From Acidobacteriota bacterium (lineage in GTDB: Bacteria > Acidobacteriota > UBA6911 > RPQK01 > JAJDTT01), in the NCBI GenBank assembly GCA_965263035.1, contig OZ253580.1, forward strand, positions 2,816,001 through 2,880,000: 64,000 nt of DNA, written 5' to 3'. The notes beneath the pieces were generated by a model. That model was not told where the DNA came from, did not search any database, and worked only from the letters and a program-made list of their open reading frames with translations. Positions 10,231 through 20,435 of this stretch are shown piece after piece. Position 1 is the stretch's first letter, and the number at the start of each line of letters is the position of its first letter. Both the position numbers and the translations under genes were made by a program.

Positions 10231-12057
10231 CTACTGCACCGTGACCGACTTGGCCAGATTCCGGGGGCGGTCGATATCGCAGCCTCGCTCCCTGGCCACA
10301 TAGTAGGCCAGGAGTTGGAGCGCGATCACGCTCAGGAAAGGCGTGAACATCTCTCCACAGTGCGGAATCTCGATCACGTCGTCGGCCAGCTCGGCCAAGT
10401 GCGTGTCTCCTTCCGTCCCCACCGCGATGACCGGCCCGTTTCGACTCTTGATTTCCTGGATGCTGCCGATCATCTTTCGATAGACACTGTCGCGGGGCGC
10501 CAGGCAGACGGTGGGGAAATTCTCGTCCACCAGGGCAAGAGGTCCGTGCTTCATTTCTCCCGCGGCGTACCCTTCAGCGTGCAGGTAGGAGACCTCCTTC
10601 ATCTTCAGGGCGCCCTCCATCGCCACCGGGTAGCTGAACCTTCTCCCCAGATAAAGAAGGTTCCGGTAGTGGGCGCACCGGCGGGCGATTTCTTCGATGG
10701 CCGGCGCCCGCGCTAGCATGGACTGCATCCTCTCGGGCAGAGCCCGAAGCTCATGGACGAATTCCTGGCCTTCGCTCAATGACATCTGCTGGTGACGGCC
10801 CAGCAGGAGGCCCACGAGATAGAGGATGGCGATCTGGGAGACGAAAACCTTGGTGGAGGCGACACTGATTTCCGGACCGGCATGATTGTAGATTCCGGCG
10901 TCGGTCAGTCGCGCGACAGTGCTGCCGACCACGTTGACGAGGCCCAGGCTGAGAGCTCCCCGCCGTTTCACCTCGCTCACCACGGCCAGGATGTCAGCCG
11001 TCTCCCCCGATTGGCTGATGGCCAGAACCGCTGTGCGCGCTTGCAGGTTCAGCTTGCGGTACTGGAACTCGGAAGCGAGATCGACGTCGACAGGATAGTT
11101 GGTGCAGCTCTCGATGACGTATCGCCCCAGCAAGCCGGCATAGTAGGAGGTCCCACAGGCCAGTATGATGAGCCGCCGCATGTTCCGCAGGCGCCCCCAG
11201 ACTCCCTCCAACCCTCCCAGCTTGGCCAGCCCTTCCGCCTCGATCAGCCTTCCCCGGATAGCCTCTCCGACCACCTCGGGCTGCTCGTAGACGTCCTTGA
11301 GCATGAAGTGGGGGTAACCCTTCTTCTCGGCGGAGGTCATGTCCCAGTCCAGGGTCTGGACCGATCGATTCATGGGCCTCCCACTCAGAGTGCGGATCCG
11401 GTAGCTCCCGGGCTTCAGCAGCGCCACCTCACCATCATGCAGGTAGGCCACCTCTCGAGTGTGACTCATCAAAGCCGCCGCGTCGGACGCAGCAAAAATC
11501 TCACTGTCCCGAATTCCCAGGACCAGGGGACTGCCCAGCCGGGCAACCACGATTTGGGAAGGATCCTCGGAGGAAATCACTCCGATTCCGTAGGTGCCGT
11601 CCACGCGTTGGAGGGCCGAGTTGACCGCATCTTCCAAGTCGCCTCGATAGTATTCCTCGATCAGGTGGGCCAGCACCTCGGAATCGGTGGAAGAGCGGAA
11701 CAGATGACCCTTTTCCCGCAGTTCCTCCCGCAGCTTGCGGTAATTTTCGATGATTCCATTGTGCACCACGAAGATGCGGTCCTGACAATCGCCATGTGGA
11801 TGAGCGTTTTCCGGCGAGGGCACGCCATGCGTGGCCCAACGGGTGTGAGCAATGCCACCCCAGCCTGCCCAAGGCTTGTCCCCGAGAAGATTGGCCAGGT
11901 CCGAAATCTTTCCCACTGCCTTCCGGCAGTGAATGCCGTCATTCACGGCCACCGCAACACCGCTGGAGTCATAGCCGCGGTATTCCAGTCTTCTCAAGCC
12001 GTTGAGGAGGATAGGCAGGGCGGGGCGATCCCCCAGGTAGCAGATAATTCCGCACAT
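10231..12057 (-). CDS. glmS: Glutamine-fructose-6-phosphate aminotransferase
   Basis: MCGII, LEYRGYDSSG, HTRWATHG, SQSGETAD and PRNLAKSVTV. Confidence 0.98.
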   Translation of the reverse strand: MCGIICYLGDRPALPILLNGLRRLEYRGYDSSGVAVAVNDGIHCRKAVGKISDLANLLGDKPWAGWGGIAHTRWATHGVPSPENAHPHGDCQDRIFVVHNGIIENYRKLREELREKGHLFRSSTDSEVLAHLIEEYYRGDLEDAVNSALQRVDGTYGIGVISSEDPSQIVVARLGSPLVLGIRDSEIFAASDAAALMSHTREVAYLHDGEVALLKPGSYRIRTLSGRPMNRSVQTLDWDMTSAEKKGYPHFMLKDVYEQPEVVGEAIRGRLIEAEGLAKLGGLEGVWGRLRNMRRLIILACGTSYYAGLLGRYVIESCTNYPVDVDLASEFQYRKLNLQARTAVLAISQSGETADILAVVSEVKRRGALSLGLVNVVGSTVARLTDAGIYNHAGPEISVASTKVFVSQIAILYLVGLLLGRHQQMSLSEGQEFVHELRALPERMQSMLARAPAIEEIARRCAHYRNLLYLGRRFSYPVAMEGALKMKEVSYLHAEGYAAGEMKHGPLALVDENFPTVCLAPRDSVYRKMIGSIQEIKSRNGPVIAVGTEGDTHLAELADDVIEIPHCGEMFTPFLSVIALQLLAYYVARERGCDIDRPRNLAKSVTVQ

Positions 12058-12069
12058 CGTTCACCCCGG

Positions 12070-12078
12070 ATTATAACA
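12070..12078 (-). promoter_or_regulatory. Extended -10 promoter element (TGnTATAAT) of glmS
   Basis: The minus strand reads TGTTATAAT 12 nt upstream of the glmS ATG. Confidence 0.65.
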
Positions 12079-12245
12079 GTAGCCAATCGGGGCCCTTCCG
12101 TTGCCGTAGCGTCGGCCGGAGTGCGTTCCGCCGGAATGTTGCAGCGGAGCGCCGCGTCCGGGAAAGCGCGTGAAGACACTCGGAAGCGATTGAGCGTTGG
12201 ATCTTTTTCGTAATGGCCTCGAGGTCCCGGTGCGAACCGCGGGCC

Positions 12246-12409
12246 AGGAGTCTGCGCGGTAGGAATGATCGTAGCGAGACAGCGGGGAATCGAGGCCAGA
12301 TTTTCTCGATTTGGAGGTGCATAGTTGTTCTATTCACCGAGAAATCGGGGAAATATGGACCGATTCTACCGCTTTCGCAGTAGATTGATTTCTGCCGCGC
12401 AGGCTCCTA
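12246..12409. mobile_element. Hairpin/MITE-like element type B, full-length copy
   Basis: Inverted repeats AGGAGTCTGCGCGGTAGGAAT / ATTTCTGCCGCGCAGGCTCCT (18/21); right end overlaps the sufT stop; the same ends recur at 16722-16765. Confidence 0.75.
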
Positions 12410-12778
12410 GAGAAGCCCCAATTGAAGTCTTGCCGCCTCGGACATGTTCTCCATGGTCCAGGGCGGATCCCACACGACTTCAACGGCGACTTTCTCTACG
12501 CCGGGAAGCGCTCGAATTTTGGACTCGACGTCCAACGGCAGCGACTCGGCCACCGGACAGCTGGGCGAGGTCAGGGTCATCTTGATATCCACGGCTCCAG
12601 TGGCGTCGACTTCGACCCCGTAGACCAGACCCAACTCGTAGATATCCACCGGAATCTCCGGATCGTAACAACTCCTGAGAACCGATATCACGTCTTCCTG
12701 AATGGGCCCGCCCACTGGCGACGTCCCGCTTCCCGATTCGATCTGGAAACCCGGTTCCGGATTCAATTCTTCTACCAT
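12407..12778 (-). CDS. sufT: SUF-associated DUF59 Fe-S assembly protein (SufT-like)
   Basis: YDPEIPVDIYELGLVY, MTLTSPSCPVA and WDPPW...MSEAARLQLG. Confidence 0.92.
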   Translation of the reverse strand: MVEELNPEPGFQIESGSGTSPVGGPIQEDVISVLRSCYDPEIPVDIYELGLVYGVEVDATGAVDIKMTLTSPSCPVAESLPLDVESKIRALPGVEKVAVEVVWDPPWTMENMSEAARLQLGLL

Positions 12779-12809
12779 GGATCCCCCTCCGCGGCGTGCC
12801 GCCAGAGTC

Positions 12810-13265
12810 TCATTCGGTCGAGACGACCTCGTTTCTCTTTTCGAGTGCCGCCCGTAGCGTATGCCAGGTCAAGGTGGCGCATTTCACCCGAACCGGATAG
12901 CGGCTGACGCCTTCAAACACCACCAACTTGCCCAGATCCGGTTCGGAAAGATCTTGCGAATCGAGATTTCCTGTCACCAATTTGCGAAAACGCTCGAACA
13001 GAGCCTTGATTTCCTCCAGTTTCCGACCCTTCAGCCTCTCGGTCATTATGGAGGCCGAAGCCATGGAGATGGCGCATCCCGAACCCTGAAACGAGATCTC
13101 GTCGACGACGGAGTCGTTCAGCTTGACATACACGGTGACTCGGTCGCCGCAGAGGGGATTGAATCCCTCCGACTGGTGATCCGCGTCCTCCAGAACACCG
13201 AAGTTCCGAGGTCGCCGATTGTGATCCAGGATGACCTCCTGGTAGAGGTCGCTCAGGTCCGACAT
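12810..13265 (-). CDS. sufU: SufU/NifU-like Fe-S scaffold or sulfur-transfer protein
   Basis: LYQEVILDH, NPLCGD, GCAISMASAS and RVKCATL; TGATG overlap with sufS. Confidence 0.95.
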   Translation of the reverse strand: MSDLSDLYQEVILDHNRRPRNFGVLEDADHQSEGFNPLCGDRVTVYVKLNDSVVDEISFQGSGCAISMASASIMTERLKGRKLEEIKALFERFRKLVTGNLDSQDLSEPDLGKLVVFEGVSRYPVRVKCATLTWHTLRAALEKRNEVVSTE

Positions 13266-14530
13266 CACTCAAACACCTCGATCACCTTCTCGAGACCCCG
13301 GCACAAGGCATCGATCTCTTCTCGTGTGTTGTAGAACGCGAGCGACGCCCGCGCCGTCGCCGGCAGCCCATAGTAATCCATCAGGGGCTGGGCACAGTGA
13401 TGGCCGGTCCGAATCGCCACCCCCTCCAGATCCAGAATGGTGCCCAGGTCGTGAGGATGGACTTCGTCCAGAACGAAGGAGAGCACCGCCACCTTCGACG
13501 GTGCGGTGCCGATCAGGCGCAGGCCGGGAACTTGCGAAAGCCGGGAAGTTGCGTATTCCAGGAGCTCGTTCTCGTAGGCCGCCACCCGATCGAGGCCCAG
13601 GTTCTCAAGATAGTCCAGTGCCGCGGCCAACGCGACGACGCCGGCAATATTGGGCGTCCCCCCCTCGAACTTGTGCGGTGGTTCGGCGTACGTGGTCTTC
13701 TCGAAGGATACGGAACGGATCATCTCCCCTCCCCCCTGATAAGGAGGCATGGACTCCAGATGGTTCCATTTACCGTAAAGGATCCCGATTCCGGTGGGTC
13801 CGTAGATCTTGTGTCCGGAGAAGCAATAGAAATCGCAATCCAGTTCCTGCACGTCTACTTTGACATGTGGCGCCGCTTGGGCCCCGTCCAAAAGGACGAG
13901 TGCCCCGTGCCCATGCGCCATTTCAACCAGCTTCCGCACCGGGTTGATGGTCCCGAGAACGTTGGACACATGGGTCACCGCGACGATCCGGGTGCGATGG
14001 TTCAACAACTTCTCGTACTCGTCCAGATACAGCTCGCCCCGGCCGGACACGGGAATGACCCGTAACCGAGCGCCTTTTTCCTGGCAGAGCATCTGCCAGG
14101 GAACGATATTGGAATGGTGCTCCATTTGGGACACGACAACCTCGTCACCCGGATTCAAAACGCTCCGTCCCGCGGTCTGGGCCACCAGATTGATGGCCTC
14201 GGTCGCGCCCCGGACGAAGACGATCTCTTCGGTTCGGGCGGCGTTGAGGAACTTCCGCACTTTTTCGCGAGTCGCCTCATAGGCTTCCGTAGCTCGGACG
14301 CTCAAGAGATGGACGCCCCGCTGAATGTTGGCGTTGCCGCGGGAATAGTATCGGGTTAGCGCATCGATGACCTGCCAGGGTTTCTGGCTGGTGGCCGCAT
14401 TGTCCAGGTAGGCCAGTGGCTTGCCGTGAACCTTCCGGGAGAGGATCGGGAAATCCCGGCGGATGTGTCCAGGATTCAGCCCTCCTGACACTCTCCGGTG
14501 ATCGTTTCGGGCCGTTGTGCTGAAACTCAC
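13265..14530 (-). CDS. sufS: Cysteine desulfurase SufS
   Basis: YLDNAATSQKP, SGHKIYGPTG and RTGHHCAQP (group II). Confidence 0.97.
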   Translation of the reverse strand: MSFSTTARNDHRRVSGGLNPGHIRRDFPILSRKVHGKPLAYLDNAATSQKPWQVIDALTRYYSRGNANIQRGVHLLSVRATEAYEATREKVRKFLNAARTEEIVFVRGATEAINLVAQTAGRSVLNPGDEVVVSQMEHHSNIVPWQMLCQEKGARLRVIPVSGRGELYLDEYEKLLNHRTRIVAVTHVSNVLGTINPVRKLVEMAHGHGALVLLDGAQAAPHVKVDVQELDCDFYCFSGHKIYGPTGIGILYGKWNHLESMPPYQGGGEMIRSVSFEKTTYAEPPHKFEGGTPNIAGVVALAAALDYLENLGLDRVAAYENELLEYATSRLSQVPGLRLIGTAPSKVAVLSFVLDEVHPHDLGTILDLEGVAIRTGHHCAQPLMDYYGLPATARASLAFYNTREEIDALCRGLEKVIEVFE

Positions 14531-15870
14531 GCCATTGCCTTTCTCAGAAAACGCCCCTGAGGCAGCCGTTCAAAAAGCAGCGAGCTGAGTCGATCTCGCA
14601 GGTTGGCCAGCCGTACCTGGCGGATCAAATCTTCGGCAAAGCCGTAGATCAGGATGCTTCGCGCCATGTCTTCATCGATTCCTCGCGACCGCATGTAGAA
14701 GATGGCTTCCTGGTCGAGCTGGCCGATGGTGGCGCCGTGAGTGCATTTGACTTCGTCAGCGTAGATCTCCAGTTGTGGCTTCGTATTCACCAGGGCTCGA
14801 TCGGACAAGAGCAGGTTGTTGTTGGTCTGCACCGAGTCAGTCTTCTGGGCTCCGGGATGGACCACGATACGGCCGCGGAACACCCCTCGGGAACGCCCGC
14901 CGAGGATTCCCTTGTACAGCTCCCGGCTACCGCAATGAGGAGCCGCGTGTTCGATCCGGGTGTGGTTGTCGACCAACTGGTCACCGGAAGCGATGAAAAT
15001 ACCGTCCAGCGCCGCGTCCGCGCCTTCACCCCCCAGAACCACGTTCAATTCGTTGCGCGTCAGCATCCCCCCCAGGTCCGCCGACATGGTCCGCAACACA
15101 CTGTTGGATTCCTGCCGGATCTCCAGGGTCGAGACATGATGGGCGGCGGAACTCTCCTCCTGCAGCCGATAGTGATCCAGGTTGGCGTTCTCCCCCACCG
15201 CCACCTCGGTCACCGGATTGCTGAAATAGGATGTCTCTCCGACTCCCAGGTAGTGCTCGACCACGGAGCATTCGCTGCCGGCGCCGACCAGGATCAGATT
15301 CCGGGGATGGGTCGCGAATGCCGGCCCACCGTTGCCCGTGGAGAGAAAAACGAGATGGATGGGATCCGGGATCCGGACCCCTGCAGAGACTCGGACCACC
15401 GCCCCATCCTCAATGAATGCGGTGTTGAGATTAGCGAACGGATTGCGCTCAGCTTCGACATACCGGGCCAGGTGAGCCTCGACCTCTTCGGGACTTTCCC
15501 GAAGAATGGCCGCCAATGAGCCGACCCGGACCCCACTCTCCAGCTGGTCCAAGTGGGACAAATCGGCGCAGTACCGTCCATTCAGGAAGACGCAATGGAT
15601 ACCGCCGGGGCCGCCGGCAGCCCTGGACTCCGCCCGGCAATGTCCGTCCGGAGAAGGCGCGGGAGCGGTCTCATACGCGGTGGCTGCCAGGGAGGCGACA
15701 TTTGTGTAACGCCAATCCTCATCGGCGATGGTGGGGAACCCCGTCTCGACGAAGCGGAACATGGCTTCCCGGCGAAGTTGGGACAACCAGACGGGACTGT
15801 CCGCCGCCGTCTCGTCCAAACGGTTGAATCGTTCCAGATAGGAGTCCAGGGATCTTCGTGCGACCTTCAT
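14527..15870 (-). CDS. sufD: Fe-S cluster assembly protein SufD
   Basis: EDWRYT, PQLEIYADEVKCTHGATIG and FYMRSRGI. Confidence 0.96.
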   Translation of the reverse strand: MKVARRSLDSYLERFNRLDETAADSPVWLSQLRREAMFRFVETGFPTIADEDWRYTNVASLAATAYETAPAPSPDGHCRAESRAAGGPGGIHCVFLNGRYCADLSHLDQLESGVRVGSLAAILRESPEEVEAHLARYVEAERNPFANLNTAFIEDGAVVRVSAGVRIPDPIHLVFLSTGNGGPAFATHPRNLILVGAGSECSVVEHYLGVGETSYFSNPVTEVAVGENANLDHYRLQEESSAAHHVSTLEIRQESNSVLRTMSADLGGMLTRNELNVVLGGEGADAALDGIFIASGDQLVDNHTRIEHAAPHCGSRELYKGILGGRSRGVFRGRIVVHPGAQKTDSVQTNNNLLLSDRALVNTKPQLEIYADEVKCTHGATIGQLDQEAIFYMRSRGIDEDMARSILIYGFAEDLIRQVRLANLRDRLSSLLFERLPQGRFLRKAMA

Positions 15871-15894
15871 CTCGATTCGTACCTCGATCCCCGG

Positions 15895-16662
15895 CTACGC
15901 TCCCGCCACCGCCTGCGGCCGGTCCAGCTCCAGACCGGTATACCCGCTCTCTTCCAGTTCCAGCGCCAGCTCCTTGCCCCCCGTTCGGACGATGCGGCCA
16001 CGGGCCAGGACATGGACGAAGTCGGGGACGATGTAATTGAGCAGACGCTGGTAGTGGGTCACGATGATGATGGCCCGTTCGGGCGACCTCATGGCGTTGA
16101 CCCCGTGGGCGACGACCTTCAGCGCGTCGATATCCAGTCCCGAATCGGTCTCATCCATGATGCACAGATCCGGCTCCAGAACAGCCATCTGGAAGACCTC
16201 GTTGCGTTTCTTCTCGCCGCCTGAGAAGCCTTCGTTCACCGGCCGGGTGAGGAGGCTCTCGTCGATTTTCAGAAGCCGGGTCTTCTTACGGACCGACTTG
16301 AGGAAATCCAGGGCGTCGATCTCTTCCAGGGAGCGGCTGACCCGGATCGAGTTGAGGGCGGCTCTCAAGAAGTAAGTGTTGCTCACCCCGGGAATCTCCA
16401 CCGGATACTGAAAGGCCAGGAATATCCCGGCCTGCGCCCGCTCTTCCGGGGAACACTCCAGCAGATCTTCGTCCTTGTAGGTAATCGTTCCCCGGGTGAC
16501 CTCGTAGTCTTCCCGGCCGGCCAACACCTGAGCCAAGGTGCTCTTGCCAGACCCGTTGGGGCCCATGATGGAGTGGATCTCTCCCTTTCGGACCGTCAGA
16601 TCCACACCCTTTAGGATCTTCGTATCCCCCGATCTCACATGCAGATCGCTGATTTCGAGCAT
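15895..16662 (-). CDS. sufC: Fe-S cluster assembly ATPase SufC
   Basis: GPNGSGKST, FQYPVEIPGV, GFSGGEKKRNE and DETDSGLDID. Confidence 0.98.
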   Translation of the reverse strand: MLEISDLHVRSGDTKILKGVDLTVRKGEIHSIMGPNGSGKSTLAQVLAGREDYEVTRGTITYKDEDLLECSPEERAQAGIFLAFQYPVEIPGVSNTYFLRAALNSIRVSRSLEEIDALDFLKSVRKKTRLLKIDESLLTRPVNEGFSGGEKKRNEVFQMAVLEPDLCIMDETDSGLDIDALKVVAHGVNAMRSPERAIIIVTHYQRLLNYIVPDFVHVLARGRIVRTGGKELALELEESGYTGLELDRPQAVAGA

Positions 16663-16721
16663 TGGATTCCCTTCCTGAATTCAGGAGCCTCGCGGCTTGA
16701 TGGATTGGCAGCCTGACGGCT

Positions 16722-16762
16722 TAGGAGCCTGCACGGCAGAAATTGATCTACCGCGCAGACTC

Positions 16763-16765
<3 letters not shown>
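16722..16765. repeat. 44-bp internally deleted derivative of element type B (opposite orientation), forming a hairpin at the sufB stop
   Basis: The minus strand reads TAGGAGTCTGCGCG-GTAG-ATCAATTTCTGCCGTGCAGGCTCCTA, i.e. the left and right ends of 12246-12409 joined at GTAG. Confidence 0.75.
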
Positions 16766-18220
<1,455 letters not shown>

Positions 18221-18270
18221 GGGATTCCTTTCTCACCGACGATGGCCGTTCCGGCAATCCTTCAGTGCTT

Positions 18271-18741
18271 CTAGCCTGTGACCTGCGGCCGTTCCGGCTC
18301 ATTCCCACGGCCCGCTTCCAGTGGGATCAACGAGTCTGAGAGGGGAGAAGTCATGTCCAGCAGACTGATCCTCTCCAGCGTATCGAGAACGGCCTGGTTG
18401 ATCACCTGCCAGTTGCCTCGGATACGGCAGACCGGTTCCTGCTTGCACTCTCCGGGCGTCCCGATGCACTCGGTCATGGCAATGGGCCCCTCGATGACGT
18501 TGATGACGTCCGCCACCGAGATTCGCCCCGGCTTGAGCGCCAGCCTATAGCCCCCCTTGGCGCCGCGGCGGGACGACAGGACTCCTTCCCGAGCCAAGAC
18601 CTTGAGGATCTTGCTGACCATGGGCAGCGGGATCCGGGTTTGGTCGGAAAGTGTGCGAGCACTGTAGGTCAGCCCCCCGCCACCGGCAAAATGCGTCAAC
18701 AGAACGATTCCGTAGTCGGCCTCCTTACTCATTCGAATCAC
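18271..18741 (-). CDS. Rrf2-family regulator of the SUF operon
   Basis: SKEADYG...SRRGAKGGYRL winged HTH with three C-terminal Cys; first gene of the suf operon. Confidence 0.93.
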   Translation of the reverse strand: MIRMSKEADYGIVLLTHFAGGGGLTYSARTLSDQTRIPLPMVSKILKVLAREGVLSSRRGAKGGYRLALKPGRISVADVINVIEGPIAMTECIGTPGECKQEPVCRIRGNWQVINQAVLDTLERISLLDMTSPLSDSLIPLEAGRGNEPERPQVTG

Positions 18742-18766
18742 GTTCGCATCACCCTCACGACCACAT

Positions 18767-18796
18767 ATAGTACTAATTTGGTCCTGTTTCTGTCAA
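18767..18796 (-). promoter_or_regulatory. Sigma70-type promoter of the suf operon with an overlapping putative Rrf2 operator
   Basis: The minus strand reads TTGACA-N18-TACTAT. The imperfect inverted repeat ATAGTACT-AATTT-GGTCCTGT spans the spacer and -10. Confidence 0.7.
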
Positions 18797-18939
18797 CGCA
18801 CGCGGCAGTCTATTTTCGAACGTATCTCACACCCTGCGGAGGGCTCTCCGGACCCGGATTTCTCACCGGGGACGCTGCCCGCTGAAATCACGGGAGGAGA
18901 TCCGTCGAGCCATGAGGGTGTTGACGGAAAGTAGAAAGG

Positions 18940-19932
18940 CTACGGCCCGGGTCCCGGCGGCGAACCCGGCGCGTAATATCCGGGCCGAGTATGTACGACG
19001 GCACCGGGAACCGCTGCCCGAATCGTCACCTCGCGCCAGGAACCGTCGCGCGCTCGGTTCGTCGGACGATAGGAGATATAGTATTGATTCTTAAGCTCTT
19101 CCGCCACACGCACATAGACGTCGGAGAGACTTGCAAAGGCCTCACTATCGAGCACCCGGCCACCGGTTCGATCAGCCAGCGTGCGGAGGAATCTCTTCAC
19201 GCCCAGGATGTACTCGTCCGTCATCTGCCTGGGGACGAGCCGGCCTCGGCTCTGGAGTTGGATTCGCATGTTCATGGCGCTTATCCAGTAAGCTTCCACC
19301 GTCGAGGCGATGTAGGTCATGGCCTTGGAGCGGGTCACCAGATCCAGAGCCTCCTCGGCGCTGACCATGCTGTGAGTGTCGATGCCGTCGGAGAGAAGAA
19401 TGATGGCCTTCCTTCCCGACACGCTTGCCAAGAGGTCGTTGCAGGTCACGTAAAGGGCGTCGTTCAAAACGGTCTTTCCTTTGGCATAGATCTTCAGCAT
19501 CGCATTCTCGATCCGCTGACGGTCGTTGGTCCAATCGAGAATGAGCTTGGGGACGCTGCTGAAAGTGATGACGGCGATCTGGTCCTCCTCGCCGAGACTG
19601 TCCACGAAACGAAGCGCCGCCCGCCGGATTTCGCTCTGACTTCCCCGGGTGCTGCCGCTGACGTCCACCAGTAGCACCACACGCACGGGCAACGCCTCGC
19701 TGTAGAAATTCAGGATCTCCTGCCGGACGCTGCCCTCGTACACGGAGAACTGATCGCGGGTCAGCCCCCGGAGGAAACCTCCCTCGGTGGAGCGCGCGTT
19801 CACGGAAAGGAAAACCTGGTCTACGGCGACGCCGATTCGAAAGCCGGTGTCGGTTTCTTCGGCTTCGGCGGGGACGTCGTCCTGGATACCGGGCCAGAAG
19901 AGACCCCAGATCAACAATGCCAGATGGGCCAC
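18940..19932 (-). CDS. Secreted VWA-domain protein (acidobacterial VWFA-related type)
   Basis: Signal-like N-terminus, MIDAS DVSGS, LLSDGID and C-terminal QYYISYRP...DGSWR...RPGYY. Confidence 0.88.
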   Translation of the reverse strand: MAHLALLIWGLFWPGIQDDVPAEAEETDTGFRIGVAVDQVFLSVNARSTEGGFLRGLTRDQFSVYEGSVRQEILNFYSEALPVRVVLLVDVSGSTRGSQSEIRRAALRFVDSLGEEDQIAVITFSSVPKLILDWTNDRQRIENAMLKIYAKGKTVLNDALYVTCNDLLASVSGRKAIILLSDGIDTHSMVSAEEALDLVTRSKAMTYIASTVEAYWISAMNMRIQLQSRGRLVPRQMTDEYILGVKRFLRTLADRTGGRVLDSEAFASLSDVYVRVAEELKNQYYISYRPTNRARDGSWREVTIRAAVPGAVVHTRPGYYAPGSPPGPGP

Positions 19933-19968
19933 GGGTCCATTATAGCGGAGGACCCGAATTGGATGCGG

Positions 19969-20424
19969 TCAGGACAGGGGGGACTTCGACTTTTCCAGGA
20001 GACGAATCCGGCCGATCTCCAGTCCCGGGTCCACCGCCTTGCACATGTCGTACAGCGTGAGGGCGGTCACGGCCACCGCCGTCAGGGCCTCCATCTCCAC
20101 GCCGGTCGCCCAGCGGCAGCTGACTCGGCTCCGGATCAAGAACCCCGACTCGTCCAACTCCACGTCCACATCTACGAAATCCAGGTTGATGTTGTGGCAG
20201 AGTGGAATGAGGCCGCTCGCCCGCTTGGCCGCCTCGATTCCGGCCAAGCGGGCGACTTCGAACGGATTGCCCTTGGGAAGACCGGCTTCGAGTATCACCT
20301 GGCGGGTACTCTCTGAAATCAGGACCTGCCCCTCGGCCACCGCCGTCCTCCGGACCAGTTCTTTGGAGCCGATGTCCACCATGTGCGCTCTTCCCGTCGA
20401 ATCCACATGGGTCAACCGCGTCAT
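19969..20424 (-). CDS. moaC: Cyclic pyranopterin monophosphate synthase MoaC
   Basis: LTHVD...AHMVDI, LIPLCH, TGVEMEALT and YDMCKAVD. Confidence 0.97.
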   Translation of the reverse strand: MTRLTHVDSTGRAHMVDIGSKELVRRTAVAEGQVLISESTRQVILEAGLPKGNPFEVARLAGIEAAKRASGLIPLCHNINLDFVDVDVELDESGFLIRSRVSCRWATGVEMEALTAVAVTALTLYDMCKAVDPGLEIGRIRLLEKSKSPLS

Positions 20425-20435
20425 CTCGCCTCCTC

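Noticed and set aside
12058-12406. glmS ribozyme upstream of glmS
   Set aside because: No AGCGCC...GACGAGG core on the minus strand. A -10 box lies 12 nt from the ATG, and the structured sequence there is the type B element.
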